From NCBI GenBank assembly GCA_017499595.2, contig CM038998.1, positions 868,001-932,000 of the forward strand: DNA of 64,000 bases, in the 5' to 3' direction. Below are positions 49,607 through 63,782 of this stretch, in pieces. The stretch is from Psilocybe cubensis (Eukaryota). A program made the position numbers and the translations under genes. Position 1 is the stretch's first letter. Every line of letters starts with the position of its first letter. A model generated the notes under the pieces. That model was not told where the DNA came from and made no database searches. It worked only from the letters and a program-made list of their open reading frames with translations.

Positions 49607-52600
49607 TCAAGCCATCGCCTGGGCACTTTGGGGTACAGGTCGTGGAATTGTTGACTGAAGTGCGTGATTATCAATAGAGATACCTGGAAAGCAGAATGAG
49701 ATGGGATCGTTTCCTATATCTGGAACAACATACTTCGGGTAGCGTTGGAAGTTTTGTAGATACCAATCAGTCGATGGCTGAGTTCAAACATGTCATTTCT
49801 ATGTAAAGGATTAGCTGTGTTATTTGATTTACGAAGAACGACCCCGAACCGAAGAGAAATAATGATGAACTGCGCATTCTTGGTCCTATCCTTGATGTAA
49901 TTGGCGACAATAGACACGTTGCGGAAATCCAACGCAGCATCGATTTCATCCATGAAATACAGTGGTGTGGGCTAAAATAAATGAGCATCGAACGCTTCGC
50001 ACGATATGACTTTGAACTACCTTGAAAACATGAAGGGCAAAGACCAGAGCCAGAGAACTTAAAGTCTACAAGAAAAGCAAAATCAGACAGAGCCTGCAAT
50101 CAGGTAACTAATGTATGTGTACCTTTTCTCCACCAGATAAGTTTGAAATGTTCTTCCAACTCTTCTTGGGCGGCATAACACTGAAAATGATACCTTCGGA
50201 AAAAGGATCTAAACTGTCTACCAGCTCCAGCTCGGCGTTGCCACCAAGAGTAATCATCTGTTATGTAGAATATCATCAGAAAGCGACTAGAACCATTGAG
50301 CACAAAAGTCTTACCTGGTACATTTCCTTAAGCTTTAACGAAATCAAGTTGAAACCAGCCATGAATTCATCCAGACGTTGCTTCCGAAGAGTCTCATACT
50401 TAGCCTTTTGGGAGTCTCGTTCAGCCGTGATAGCCTCGAGATCTTTGGCTCGGTTGAAATAATCCTTCTCCCTTTCCTTGTATTCTTTGAGAACAGACAA
50501 ATCCGGTCGGGCTCTTTTGATTTTTTCTGAAGACAGGACGCGTATCGAGTGAGACAGTTTCGGCCATGAACAGGAGTAAGCGTACCATCAAGATATTCCA
50601 TTTCAGCAACGAGTTCCTCTCTCTTCATCTTCCTCAATTCATCGGGCAAATATTCTCTCAGTTGGTGGGGAGATCCTGTGGATTTGCGTTTCTGAGCCGG
50701 CTGTTGATCAGCCATAGGCTCATCCACATTCTCTACTTTAACTGAAGCTTCGGGGTTCTCATTGTCAGCCTTTTCCTCATTGTTAACAGCTGCTTCAGTT
50801 TCTTCATCTTCATCTTCATCGTCATCCTCGCTGATATGCTCGTTTAGAGTCAAGGTGTAAGCGAAGGCATTGGACGACTTACTCAATATCTTCCAATGTC
50901 AAATCATTGTGCATTTCCTCGTAGGCGTTGATGCTGGCAACGGTATCCTTGAGATCTTTCTCAGCATCACCGATGGATTGTTTGAGTTTCAACTTGCTTC
51001 ATTGTCAGAGTCGAATAGTCGGGAAGATATAACATGCGTACCTCTGTTTGCCTGAATTGGGAAATGATGCCTTCTTGTTCGTCCAGTTTGGACTTAAGGT
51101 CGTCTAAGTCTTCCTTGGAGTTCTCCGCAGCTGCCTGAGCGGTTTCTACTTTCTCTCTCAAGTTATCGATGTATGTTGTAAGCGTAGCAATTTCGCCGTC
51201 GAATTCCTCGATCTCTTCTTCGAGGACGGCTAAAGCTTCGGTGTTGGCCTTGATGGTACCTTCCAGTTTGACCGCGTCTTTCTCCGCTCGAGATTTGGCC
51301 ATTTCTGCTTTGGTGATTTCGTCATTCGTGAGCTTGATATGCAAACGAATACCGTCGACCTTCGACTTCTGAGTGAGCAATTTCGAGCCACCGATATCTA
51401 GAATCTTCTTCTCCAAGTCTTTGATATCCTGTTCGATACGTCCTGATTTTGCTTGAAGATCCTGAAGCTCTCGCTCAAAGACTGAAATCTCTTTTTCTAG
51501 CTTGGAGATGCGGGCAAGGTCTCCTGTATTAGGTTTGTTTTGAGAACTGGTAAAATGTGAGCTAGTTTACATAAAAGATGCGTGACGACATACCTCAAGT
51601 CGCGAACACGCTTCTCGGCTTCGGCGGTCCTGCGTTTAACGTTCTCGATATCCATGCTGATCTTCTGTAAAGCAAGGTCAATTTCAGGACCCCGTCTCTT
51701 CAAACTATCTAATTGCTGTTCTGAGTCCCGGAAGTCGTTGGTTGCCTTTTGGAGTTGCTGTGTAGCCTGCTCGCTTTCACGCTCGTAACCCTGAAGAACC
51801 TGAGGTGTCACTGAAGCAGCAGCCAGTTTGGAGCTCATTGCGCCTCGCGATGGCTGGCCGCCACCACCTGACATGGCACCCGAGGTTTCGATCAACGCAC
51901 CATCCAAGGTAACGACACGCCATCTTTTCCCAGTGAATGCGATGCGATTGGCTTGGTCGAGATCAGTGGCCACAAGCGTGTTTCCAATCGCCTTGTAGAA
52001 TGCGGGGGCGTAGGCAGGGTCCTTGGGTTTAACGAGGTCGAATAAACGAGGAACGCCTTCAGGGGTCTGAACATTCTCAACAACATTCTTGCCCAGCTTC
52101 TCGAGTACCATGAAAGACGCCCTTCCAACATTGTTCCTGCGCAGCTTTTCAATGCAATTTTGAGCCTGAGAGACAACGTCCACCACCATGTTGTTGAGAC
52201 CACCACCACAAGCAGTTGAGATCGCGACGTCATATTTATCGGGAATTGTTCCCAGACTTCCCAGACGCCCCTACTGTGGATGAGATGCAGAGTTCAACAT
52301 TTAAAAAAAATGTAGTCTTACATGGAACCCTTCAATCTGTCCTTTGGCTTTCTGGTTTGTAAGAAAATCTAAAACGGCGTTACGAGATCTGTTTTCAGAC
52401 TGGTTGGCTCTGGCCTCATCTACTTTCCCGCGTGCAGCACCAGCTTTCCCCTTCCATTCATTTACGCGTGCTTGAGCATCCTACATTGCACAACGTGAAT
52501 ATTCTGAAGGCATGGAGGTGCATAGATCTTACGCGAAGGTTTTTCTCAGCCTGGGCAATGTTTTGTTGAAGTTGAGTCTTCTCATGTTTAAGATCCTCTT

Positions 52601-55424
52601 GTTGAGCGACCTAAAATGAATTCAGTAGGAAATTCTTTTCAGAAGAGAAAATTATGTACCTTGGTTTCACGCTCCTCTAACAAAGCTTTTAGCGTATCAG
52701 CGGCCTCTGCACACTGTGCTTTAAGGGCTTCAGCCTTCTTTGCAAGGTCGTCGCGTTCGCTAGTGGCGACGTCAATCGCAGCCTGCTTTTCATTGATTTG
52801 GGCGGTCCATGGCTGAAGTTCCTTCTGTTTGACCTGTATCTTGTCGTGGAATACCTGAGTTTTATCTACGTACATGGTAAAGGGGGATTGATGGATAGAA
52901 AATGAGCGACGGACTAACCTTTGAGGCTGTCGCGGATACCCTCCAACACCTTTTCTTCCTCCTCAAGAGATTTTTCGTGGCCCACGAGATTCTTCTTCTC
53001 CTTTTCAAGTTTCGCTGTACTGTCTTCAATAACATTAAGGGCAGTCTTTCTCGCGTGACCATCCTATTGAGAGCTTAGTGACAGTCTCTAGCTCAAATCG
53101 GCTCTGCGCATACCTCCTGCAAAGATTTTTTCAATTTCTTAGCTCTTGTAGCTGAATGCTTTCTTTTTTCTTGCAAAGCAATTTCACGCTTTTCACTTGA
53201 AGTAAGGTCTTTCGCAGCATCAGCCGCAGCCGCTTTAACTTCCTAAACAAAGCGTCAGTCGTGGAATTAACAGGAGTGTAAAAATTAAAGTACCAAATAG
53301 CTTTTTTCACGTTCGTTGTAATGATCTTGAAGGGATTCGAGGTGATTGATATCATCTTTATTTTGTTCAGTCTGTGCTTCCAGCTCCTTGCGGAGTTTTT
53401 GCTGCGAAAGAAGATGAGGCTGGAAGCAACAGATATATAATTTGACTTACGATAGTATTTGTATGCCTTTCTTCTGCTTCGAAGGCTTTGTACAGAATCC
53501 ATTGGTAGTAAACGGACTGCGCCCTGACATGATCATTCTTCATCCGTAGAAAATCTTCCGCTTCCTTCTTCTTAGCTTCCAAAGCTGTCTTTTCCTTCTC
53601 CACGAGTCGAACCCGATTAAGCTTGACTTGACGTTCCTCAGATAAACGATCCATCTCAACAAGAGCTTCCTCAATAGGTTCCTTATACTTAGACGTGCCG
53701 ATGATATCTTCCAAGTATTCAAGTAGACCATCCTCATGTTCAGTGGGGGCCTTAGGTTTCATTTGAGCAATGGATTCGACCTCTCCCTGTTCATTTCATA
53801 GTCTGTAATTGAGTAATAAAAGTAACAACAACAAAATACCTGAAGAATTAGGAATCGATTATGATCGAGGTCAATCCCTCGACCCTTCAGTAATGTCTGA
53901 ACTTCCTTATAGTTGCTTGTTCGTCCGTTGATTGCATATTTGCTTGCATTGTTCTTATAAGCTGTACGTGATACAACCAGTTGCGAATTTGGTACAATCT
54001 CGAAAGCGTCGGGTCCAGGCTGCCAACATCAGCTTGAGAAAATCGTTTGAAGCCAGAATTTACTTACTAGATCCACAATCTCCCTAAAATAAATTTCCAC
54101 GCTACATTCGTCGAGATCGGGATAGTTTGCCGAGTTGTGGATAAGTTCAGAAATCTTTCCCTGTCTCATCTTTGACGCACGATAACCGAAGACGAATAAG
54201 AGCGCGTCAATAGTATTAGATTTTCCAGATCCGTTGGGCCCAACGATTGACGAGAAAGACTATGATGAAGGTTACTTGAATTGTCAGGTTCTCAATCCAT
54301 ATGATGGTGCGTACCTTATGGAAGGGGCCAATTTCCTGCCGGCCTGCATAACTCTTGAAATTAATCAAAGCCATTTTGTGGATGACCAGACGCGACTTAG
54401 GCCCTGTTGGTTCTTCCGGAATCGTCTGTGACATAGTTGGCACAGCAGGGAGGGGAGGGGGTTCGAAAAGCGATTTTTCTTCTTCCTCTTCCTCTTCTTC
54501 TTCCTTATCCGTAGTATTTCCCTGTTTCTGGGAGGCTTCAACCTTTGGTGAGGTGTGCTTTCTTCTAGACTGGGTGGTAGAAGGAAGATCTAGCTCGTCA
54601 TCGGACTCCTCTATCACGGTAGCTGGTGCAAGCTTTGTGGAGGCGGCCTTGCCCTTGCCCTTTCGCGCAACAGGGGTCTTGGCCTTCCTCCCTTTGCGAA
54701 CAGGCTTTGAGTCATCGTCGTCACCTTCTTCTGAGACCACTGACATGGCATCTGCTGACTCTTCCGCATCATCTGACTGGATCGCTTTGGAAGGAGCTCT
54801 CCGCGCTGCTTTAGCAGGCACCCTGCGCCCTTTGGTCGGTTTGACGACTTCCTCCTCTTCGCTGGCTGCCTCTTCAATGCGAGCGGACCCGGATGTTTCG
54901 CCTGATCTTGCTGAAGCGACACTAACCCTGCTTCCTGCTGAGGCAGTTCCCTTCCGGGTTGAAGTACGACGACCGGTGGTCTTGGACGGGGCCTCCTCGT
55001 CAACTTCCATATCAGTAGAGCGGGTGGCCTTTGCGGTACTGGCAGCACGTCTTCCACGCTTGGGTCTCCCATCGACAGTCGCCTCCTCTTCCTCTACTTT
55101 GACTACGTCCTCTGACTGGCTCTCGATGGATGGTCTCGCTTTCTTGACTGGCGGAGGGGCATCTGATTGCTCCTCATTTTCTGACTCTGCAACGTCGGGT
55201 AATGAGGCTTTTGAGCGCGTCGACTGTCTTGTTTTGGATGGTGGTGGAGCACTGGGTCTTGCTGATGTGCTTCGACGCGCTCTCGAAGGCGGTTTCGCGG
55301 CAGTTTCTTTCACCTCGGCTTCCTGTTCAACAGTTTGACCTCGTTTTCGCTTAGCGGGCAAAGATTCGGCAGATACTGGCTCTGCTGTCACGCTTGGCGC
55401 GCGCGACGTGCGACGAGGAGGCAT
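49607..55424 (-). CDS. SMC4: Condensin subunit Smc4 (Cut3)
   Basis: RLVIHKMALINFKSYAGRQEIGPFHK|SFSSIVGPNGSGKSN; MKPKAPTEHEDGLLEYLEDIIGT; hinge WRVVTLDGALIETSGAMSGGG; LSGGEK; MDEIDAALDFRNVSIVANYIKDRTKNAQFIIISLR. Confidence 0.97.
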
Positions 55425-56666
55425 TCCTTATCGCTGATAAAAGTTTATGGATGGCGAAGAATTATGTTCAAGGAGAATTATGTTCAAGGGTAATATAGAA
55501 ATAAACGATCTTTCAAATTGAATCAACAAGGAACGCGACTGGTCACAGCTCGTCACGCAATAGTGTCACATGATCGTCAAAGGAACTGGCAAAAACCAAG
55601 CACAACCACAAAACTTTGAGTTCGATCCGCACAAGGTCAAGCTATAGAATAATAAATGGCTCTTCAAAGTTCGAATTTGGTGCGCAGAGAAGATAGAGAT
55701 GATACTTGGCAAAATTATTGCTGCAGGGACAAAGTGCAACATTAATCACTGAAGAAATAAATAAGCCCCACCAAAGGAAACATTTCAAACATCCAATGAA
55801 TGATAATGTACAACTGTTCGCAACAAGCGGGCAAGAAGAATCTTGTACAGTGGGTATTTAACTTGAAGCCTTCTGAGAAATGTAGATTAAGATACACACA
55901 ATGCATTCCAAGGATGCTTTTGATCTCATTCCGGGGATTCAATCGACCTGTCATTCACCCCCCTCGACTACCCTCTCGTTCCATCACAGCGCAAAGATTC
56001 ACATATCAGCGATCTGGTTACAATCCTGTTTTGTCCACAGGAGGGGTCGAGGAGGCCATATGACACATAAAACAGGTTGCCCGAGACGTTTACATAGGCT
56101 TGCTTGGGAGCTGCGTCAACAAGACGTTGTAGCGCTTCTTAATGGTAACACGGTGACGAGAGAATTTGTCGTCGGGGGAGAATCGTGCTGAGCGGTAACA
56201 AATAAGTCGGGACTAAGGAGATCCTTTCCTTGCGGACATACCAGGGTGAGCAGATTTGGTCAATTTGCCCTCATCTGTTTGCTTCTAAATACCAATGAGA
56301 TGACGAACAAAATAGAAGGAAGGTTCAGAGAACATGCCTTCAAGGTGTACACCCTATTTCCAGCCTCATCTAAAGTGTACATTAAATGCATATTTGCGAT
56401 ACGTGAAGCTCGTCAGGTGTAGCAGTGGGAGGGTGGGTAGAATCAAGGTTAGACTAGGAAAGAGTTGGAAATTGAAATTTCTCTTCAATCACAAGGCGTG
56501 AGAATGTTACTTTCACTAGGTTTTGGGCTACAACCCCAAGAGGCAACACCCCTATTTGTCCTGTTCCCAACTTCCATTAGAGCTATAATGTAAACACACT
56601 GTCGGCCGGAAGCGAGGTATTATAAGCACTAATGAGGTGCGCTGCGTTGTGATCTTCTTATCGATT

Positions 56667-58098
56667 ATGCCACTCTCATTTGTTCCTTTGACTTTTCCTT
56701 CTTCTCTAGACTCCACCAAGTTTAAAGACTTCGGGAGAGAAGTCGTAGGTGCCGCACCAGGCAACCTCACAGAAGAAGAATTCAAGGCTGTCGAGGCAGC
56801 CCTATACCGTGTATCTCTAACCTTTGCAAATGACCTTCCCTATCCTGATTTATTTCGCTTCAGCACGATTTACTCTTATTCCGTAATGCCAGCCTAACGC
56901 CTGACCAGCAATATTCTCTGGTTAAGGTCGGCCTTTCACTGAAAACTAGTGTCTGGGTGACCCTTCTGATTCCAAGAATGCGGCCGTAAAGTCATTTGAC
57001 CCTCAATCTGAGCACTATGGTCATGGAAACAAACAGCTCGACAAAACCAAACAGTCGATCATCCACTCTTACGTTTCCAGTCTACCAAACACACCTCAAG
57101 TCCAGATCATAGGCCACGGTACCATCAAAAACCATGAAGGTATTGAGGAGAGGATACTCAAACACGGACGACACCCAGAATTTCACAAGACTAGAATTTC
57201 CGAAGAAGATGAAGCCAAAGGCTTCACCCGATTTTTCAGATGGCACATGGACGCTGCACTGTACGACTTGAATGTTCCGAAAGTAACTGCATTGTATGGG
57301 ATTATGGTACCAAAGGGACCTACTCAGACAGTAAGATACGACGACGGGACCGGAGACGAACTCTCCGTTTCCCTAGGTACCACCGCGTTTGTGTCTGGAA
57401 AGGTCATGTTCGAAATCTTGCCTGCAGAATTAAAGAGTCTTGCTGTCCGGGCTAGGGCCAAATACGCTCCCCACCCGTTTCAATGGCTTCGAAATGCGAA
57501 GGCGAAATCCACCGGTATCTCTCTCGAGACTGAAGGATTGGAGACTCCATTGCACGACCTTCCGCCTTGGGAAGAAGAAAAAATCAAAGTGTATCCATTC
57601 GTGAGTCCAGGCAAACATTGGTGCTATACATCTTGGGCTAACCGCCATCTCTTCTTTGGAGACATGGAAAAATCCAATTACGGGCGATTTGCACCTTCAG
57701 GTTCATCCACTTTTGGTCATGGAGATACAAGTCGACCCGCTACCTCAAGGACATCATACGGAAAGTGCATTATACCCTTTCGGCGGAACTATATCGAACT
57801 TGAAAGAAATACGGGATTTATTGTACAGAATGCAGCGCCCAGGAATCGCGCCTAACGTGCGTCTTTGAAAGATAAATAATCATGCAGTCATAAGTAACCA
57901 ATCTTCCTGACACCATAGCTAGTATACGCTCACCCTTGGGAGGAGAGAGACCTCGTCCTCTTCAACAATAGGGGTCTGATGCACTCCGTGGTGGGGGTAT
58001 TCAAAGTGGGGCAAATTCGCCTGTTTCATCAATGTAATCTGGCCGCGTCTGATGAACCACTGGGGCCCAATGAAAATGATATCAAAAGATGGGCATAA
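56667..58098 (+). CDS. Fe(II)/2-oxoglutarate dioxygenase, TauD/TfdA family, XanA (xanthine dioxygenase)-like, paralog 1
   Basis: DFGREV; YGHGN; PQVQIIG; TRFFRWHMDAALY (HxD); RYDDGTGDEL; DLVLFNNRGLMHSVVG; RLFHQCNLAAS. Confidence 0.9.
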
Positions 58099-58554
58099 GA
58101 AAAGGTGTATAGATGATTACAAGAAAAAGGATCATGGTACGTCAAACTTGAGGTAAGTATTACAAACTTTATGCTTTTCTTTGACAACGTCTCTAACTAG
58201 CAGTCGAACTTATATTGTATAATATTAGGTCTATAATTAACTATCTGGCGAAGTCCACCACCTAGTACTACTAATCCCTATCATTTATGACTTGCTAGAT
58301 GTACCCCAACAAATTGAACTGTTGTTACATAACTATATCAAGTGTAAGGCTGTTGAGTTTTGGTTTTGGCCGCGGGGTTAAAATTTTGAGTTTCCGCTGA
58401 GCAACCTTCACGATGGCCGTTCTCTAGGTTTCGCTTGGCCCATGATGAGTTTAAATTTAGTTGTGATGTCAGGGAGTGGTACCGGGTACCAGTGCTAAGA
58501 CTCTACACACCTTGATCTCTATATTCTTGGAAGCCGACGACCAGCTTTGGCGCG

Positions 58555-61116
58555 ATGAGTGAGGCACGCACACGCAAGAAGCTGAAGAAGGACCCCACAA
58601 AGAAGACACAAAGCGGCTCTCAATCTACTAGGGGGAATACGGTTTGTCTCCTACAACCCTCTTCACAACGCCGAAGCAATAGAATTTAACATGCTTTCAA
58701 TAGAATGAGACAGCTGGCAGCCCGTCGTCTTCCTTCTCGACCACGTTCATTTTATTACCCATTTTTCTCGCTGCTAGTGCCTATTTCTATCTGGTTAGCG
58801 CTTGCTGCAGGCAATGATCGTTCCATTCTGAGCTCACAACCGTCCTCCTATCCAGAACCCCTCGTTCCTTATATCATTTCTAGATGAATTTATTGGATTT
58901 TCTGAGCATTACGATGGCGCTCCGGTAGCTCATCAACCAAAATTAACATACCTACCTGCAGACATAGAAAAACGCGACGCAGTGGTGGAAGCATTCAAAG
59001 TGAGCTTTATATGATATATAGACTTCATATTAACTCCATGGTTCTCTTAGCACTCCTGGCATGCTTACGGTGAGATCCCCTCATCGTAAGATATCAAACT
59101 TTCTAATTTTGATAGAGCGAAATGCAATGGGAAATGACCAATACCATCCTCTAAGTCAGCAAGGCTCAAACCTTACAGCAGCAGGGGGCATCGGATACAT
59201 GGTCGTCGATGTGATTGACAGTCTGCAAATAATGGGCCTTCAGGACGAATACTCCCGCGCTCGAACCTGGGTAGCAGAGAAACTTACTTTCGAGCGCGAT
59301 GACAGGTTCAGTACTTTCGAGGCGAGTCCTTCCACATTATAACAGACACCATTACTTTTACTGAAGCCCACATAGACCACCATACGCGTCCTGGGCGGCC
59401 TTCTCTCAGCATATCATCTTTCAAAAAACGATCCACTATTCCTCAACAAAGCTACCGAACTTGCTGACAGAATGCTTCCCGTATTCGACACACCGTCCGG
59501 AGTACCCCTGCCAGTTATCAACCTCGCTCAGCGCAAAGGATATCAAACGGAAGACTTTCCTGGAGTCACCAGTATCGCTGAGATAGGAACTTTGCAGCTT
59601 GAGTTTCGATATTTGAGTCAACTGACGAGGGACGCTAAGTATTGGCAAACAGTGGAGAATGTGATGGAGGTGATACGCCACGCTAGACTTCCGCATGGGC
59701 TTGCGTCTGTATTTGTGAAGTAAGTTATCTCTCTACACCATTTTTTGGGCTTATGTGGACAAAAAACAGCATTGAAACAGGTCAATACGAAACTTCTGTG
59801 ATTCGGCTTGGATCTCGGGGAGACTCATTCTACGAATATTTGCTGTAAGTGTTTCTCCGGATAAGTGTATTGCAGTTAATCTTAATGAACGCAACGATGT
59901 CCATCAGCAAGCAATACCTTCAAACAGTGAGTTGATTCGACACAGGCTCATTTGTTTCCGACTTAATTTCTTATTTTGCCAGAACAATAACGAGAAGATT
60001 TACCTCGAGGTATGAATTCTCTGTTCTTTAGGACAATGCGCGCTATCTAATCACCATATCAGATGTACGAAGACGCAATGGATGCAGTTCACAATCACCT
60101 ACTCCGAAAGAGCATGGGTAACCAAATGACATATACATCTGAACTCGTCCCGGAAGACGACGAAAATGGCGACCTGTGTGCCACCAATTTTTACAACATT
60201 TTCTCTAAACGACTAACCCAACCTTCCCCCCAACAGAACTTGGCGCCTCACACCGAAACAAGACCACCTCGTCTGCTTCCTTGGTGGCTCATTGATGCTG
60301 GGAGCCACGCGCGCAGGTGCACTGGTAGAGAAGGTGTCTATCCCTCCCCAACCAGACGAGCTTTCCGAGAAAGGGAAACGCGATTGGAATACTGGCGTCG
60401 AGCTTATCAAAACATGTATGAACACCCACGATACCGCTACGTACGTATTTCTCGAACTCATATTCACCAGCATAGCGAAGATACTTTGAGGTTAACCAGA
60501 CTTTCTCAGGGGACTGTCACCTGAGATCGTGTACTTCCGCGTACCCAGCGATGGCATGGACGCGTATCCACAAGCCCCGACCGATTGGTACATTCGAGGG
60601 GCAGCGTAAGTGGTTTCTCATCCCTCATAACCCAAGTTGCCTAATCCCTATAACAGTGCTGGCGAATTCCCTCCATATGACGCGAGATATATGCTGCGTC
60701 CGGAAACGGTCGAGTCCCTCTTTCTCGCATATAGGCTAACGGGAGACCGGATATACCGCGACTATGGATGGGGCATCTTCCGCTCCATCGAAAAGCACTG
60801 TCGAGTGCCGACTGGAGGGTATGCAACCATCGTCAATGTTGACGAAAACCCAGTTCGACAGGAGGATATCATGGAGACATTCTTCCTGGTGAGTATACTA
60901 CGGTACCTTCATTTGCTTGCACTGAAGGTGACATGTTGTGTGTAGAGCGAAACCTTAAAATACCTGTATCTGTTGTTCTCCGACTCAAATGTGATACCCT
61001 TGGATCGTAAGAATAATTTTCCAACGTAATGAAACTGTCGCTGAATTTTATATCAAGGTTACGTTTTCAATACAGAGGCACACCCCTTCCCCATTTTCGA
61101 TCCTGTAGCAATTTGA
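58555..61116 (+). CDS. MNS1: GH47 class I alpha-1,2-mannosidase (Mns1-like)
   Basis: HSWHAY; STFE|TTIRVLGGLLSAYHLS; AEIGTLQLEFRYLS; LGSRGDSFYEYL; YMLRPETVESLF; METFFL|SETLKYLYLLF; FNTEAHPFP. Confidence 0.93.
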
Positions 61117-61270
61117 TAGCAATATATAAAAATGTGCACCCCTTAATTAATACCCTCAAGACAATTAAACTGATGTGAGTAAGTATGTGCATGCATCATA
61201 GCAGCATAAGATTGGTGGTAGCAGACATACGTTACAACAAAAACATAGACATGTGAAGTCGGTGAGTAAT

Positions 61271-62119
61271 TTACTCCTCTTCATCCTCATCACCACCTTC
61301 CTCCTTCTTGGCAGCGGCAGCAGCGCGTCTGCGCTTAACGCGACCAGGGCGGCCTCCTCCGTATGGCGAAGTGAGGGCGAAATCAATGTGCTTTTGGGAG
61401 TCGAGACGAACGACAAAGGAAGGAACGTTGACAATCTGCTTGCCAACACTAAATTGATGAATAGTTAGTGACATTGGAAAATAAAAGATAACACTGCGAC
61501 GCACCGGATGTGCCTCTGTCTGATCAAGACACGGGCGTGGTGGATGGACTTAGCCAATCCACTCTTGAACACCTGAGTCTGGAGCCTGCGCTCCAAGAAA
61601 TCCTCGATCTTAAGGGCGAGCACGTAATCGAGACGCATGCGGGACTCATCGAGCACACCAATGCGCACAAGACGGCGGATAAGGGCGTTACCCTCAAAGA
61701 GACGCTTAGGGTCCTTGTCGTCGAGCTTGAGCAGCTCACGAGCAGCACGACGAATCTTGGAGAGGACGAGGGCAATGCGCCAGATCTCGCGCTTGTTGCG
61801 GAGACCGTATTCTCCAGCGAGCTATCGACATGGGATGGATCAAAATAAAATTTGAAAAATATACCGACGCGCATACCTTCAACTCAGCATCGAGACGAGC
61901 CGAAGTGTAGGGACGGCGGGGAACATTGTAACTGCAAATTTGTTACAAGTAACATGGGGAGCATTGGCTTGTCAGCACAACTGCGTGCACCCTCCACACA
62001 AGGTGGATCTTGAAGATATGGTAACTGTAAACTCACGTCTTGCTGTGGTTTCTTGGGGCCCTGTGGATACATTAACATCGCCAGCGTCGAGTATAATATC
62101 GATGACATTACCTAGGCAT
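61271..62119 (-). CDS. RPS9: 40S ribosomal protein S9 (uS4)
   Basis: [18 protein letters not shown]...; [76 protein letters not shown]. Confidence 0.97.
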
Positions 62120-62433
62120 TTTGTCTTAAACGAGGTCGACGAGGACGACGAAAAAGATGGTTGGTGAGTCTTGAGGAATGGGCGGTGCAACGGCAAACCA
62201 GACTCTGGGCACTGTCCAATCCCGTGGCTTCGCCAAAGAAGAACAAACAAATTAGGCTCTGTGGCACTGCCACAACTGTACAGAACAGGAGCAGCCACTC
62301 GGCGTTTGCCGTCGCACACCAAATTGTCATGTCTCGACATCGGATAGGCCAACGACAACGCCCGCTGTGAGTACACCGTCCTGCTGCCCGTACGCCCTAT
62401 GGATTCTGATATCCAAATGTTCCAGTCCTCAAG

Positions 62434-63083
62434 ATGCCTCACTCCTTCGGTTACCGCGCGCGCACGCGCCACATGTTCAAGCGGGGCTTCAAGGGTGCGC
62501 TTTGGTCATATACTGCGTGTGGAGGACAAGGTTCTGATCTTGTTCAATAGAGCATGGCCCCGTGAAACTGTCCACCTTCCTCATCAACTACCACGTTGGA
62601 GATATCGTTGATATCAAGGCCAATGCTGCCCAGCAGAAGGGTATGCCCCACAAATACTACCATGGGTATGTGCTTTGATCTTTTTTGAGTAGCCCGCCAT
62701 TAAATGCTGTTCAGACGCACTGGAATTGTCTACAATGTTACCCCTTCTGCTGTCGGTGTCATTGTATACAAGGTTGTTGGTAACCGATACATCGAAAAGC
62801 GAGTGAACCTCCGTGTTGAGCACGTCCGCCACTCGAAGTGCCGTCAAGAGTTCTTGGATCGTGTCAAGGCCAACCACGATGCTCACGTCATTGCTAAGGA
62901 GAAGGGCGGTGAGTTACTCAATCCCTCGTCAATATTTACTTCCGTTTATTCATGCATTTATCGTCTGAAGAACGCATCAACCTCCGCCGTATCCCTGCTC
63001 TCCCCCGGGAAGCTCACACTGTCTCGATCGCTCAAAATGCCCCCCAGACAATTGTTCCCGTGCCTTACGAGACCTACATCTAG
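62434..63083 (+). CDS. RPL21: 60S ribosomal protein L21 (eL21)
   Basis: MPHSFGYRARTRHMFKRGFK; VGDIVDIKANAAQQKGMPHKYYHG|RTGIVYNVT...KRVNLRVEHVRHSKCRQEFL; VPVPYETYI*. Confidence 0.97.
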
Positions 63084-63782
63084 ATGGATAATTCAATTTC
63101 CTTCTGGTTTATTTGCTCTATCCATCTCGCATGCGACAGTTGTTTGTACATTCGTCCCGCTTACATACTTCGCCTTTTCATGCAACACGCCCAAAAATCA
63201 TGAAATTGATCTAGTATGCGTGAACCCACTATAAGCATTCAAGGCGAACAAAAATTAAAATATCATGTCCCCTATGTTATGTTATACCATTATGTTTCCT
63301 CAGAATGTGGAATGTGTCAACACTGCTATGATGTCGTTTCTCTCTGTGGTCTCGGATTTGCCCTATTCGCTTCTCGGCCGTTAAAATTGAGGTCTCAAGC
63401 CCAGTCTCGTCATTTGCATATTTGTTGTGCCGCCATCAGACCTGATAAGATAGCTTACACGTCTTATCTGTGAGATTCTTGGCTATCGAACGAGTATTGG
63501 AGCGAACCTGGCTTATTTCTTTTAACCTTTGCCTATCACAGTTCACCAGCCTCTCAGTCAGCGGGAATTTTGGTCTTGGACTGCATTAGCTTTGCACAGC
63601 TCGTGAAATTCGTTCGGGTCTTCGAGAGAGACGTCCGAGTCGGCGAAGGATGGTGCATGTGGTGTATAGATTCATTCGTATCTGTGATCGACAGAATGTG
63701 ACGTTGGGGATCCGAGGAAGATAAATAGAGCTCGTCCGAGCATTCAATCCCCCCCTGACCCAGTGAACCCATCCTCAGAACA

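Noticed and set aside
54355-55338. Long plus-strand ORF (327 aa); similar antisense ORFs at 20416-21306, 37315-37899 and 687-1262
   Set aside because: Antisense shadows of SMC4, LAM, the siderophore transporter and NRAMP coding sequence.
55458-55489. 16-bp tandem duplication AGAATTATGTTCAAGG upstream of SMC4
   Set aside because: Real but most simply a slippage duplication; no evidence of function.
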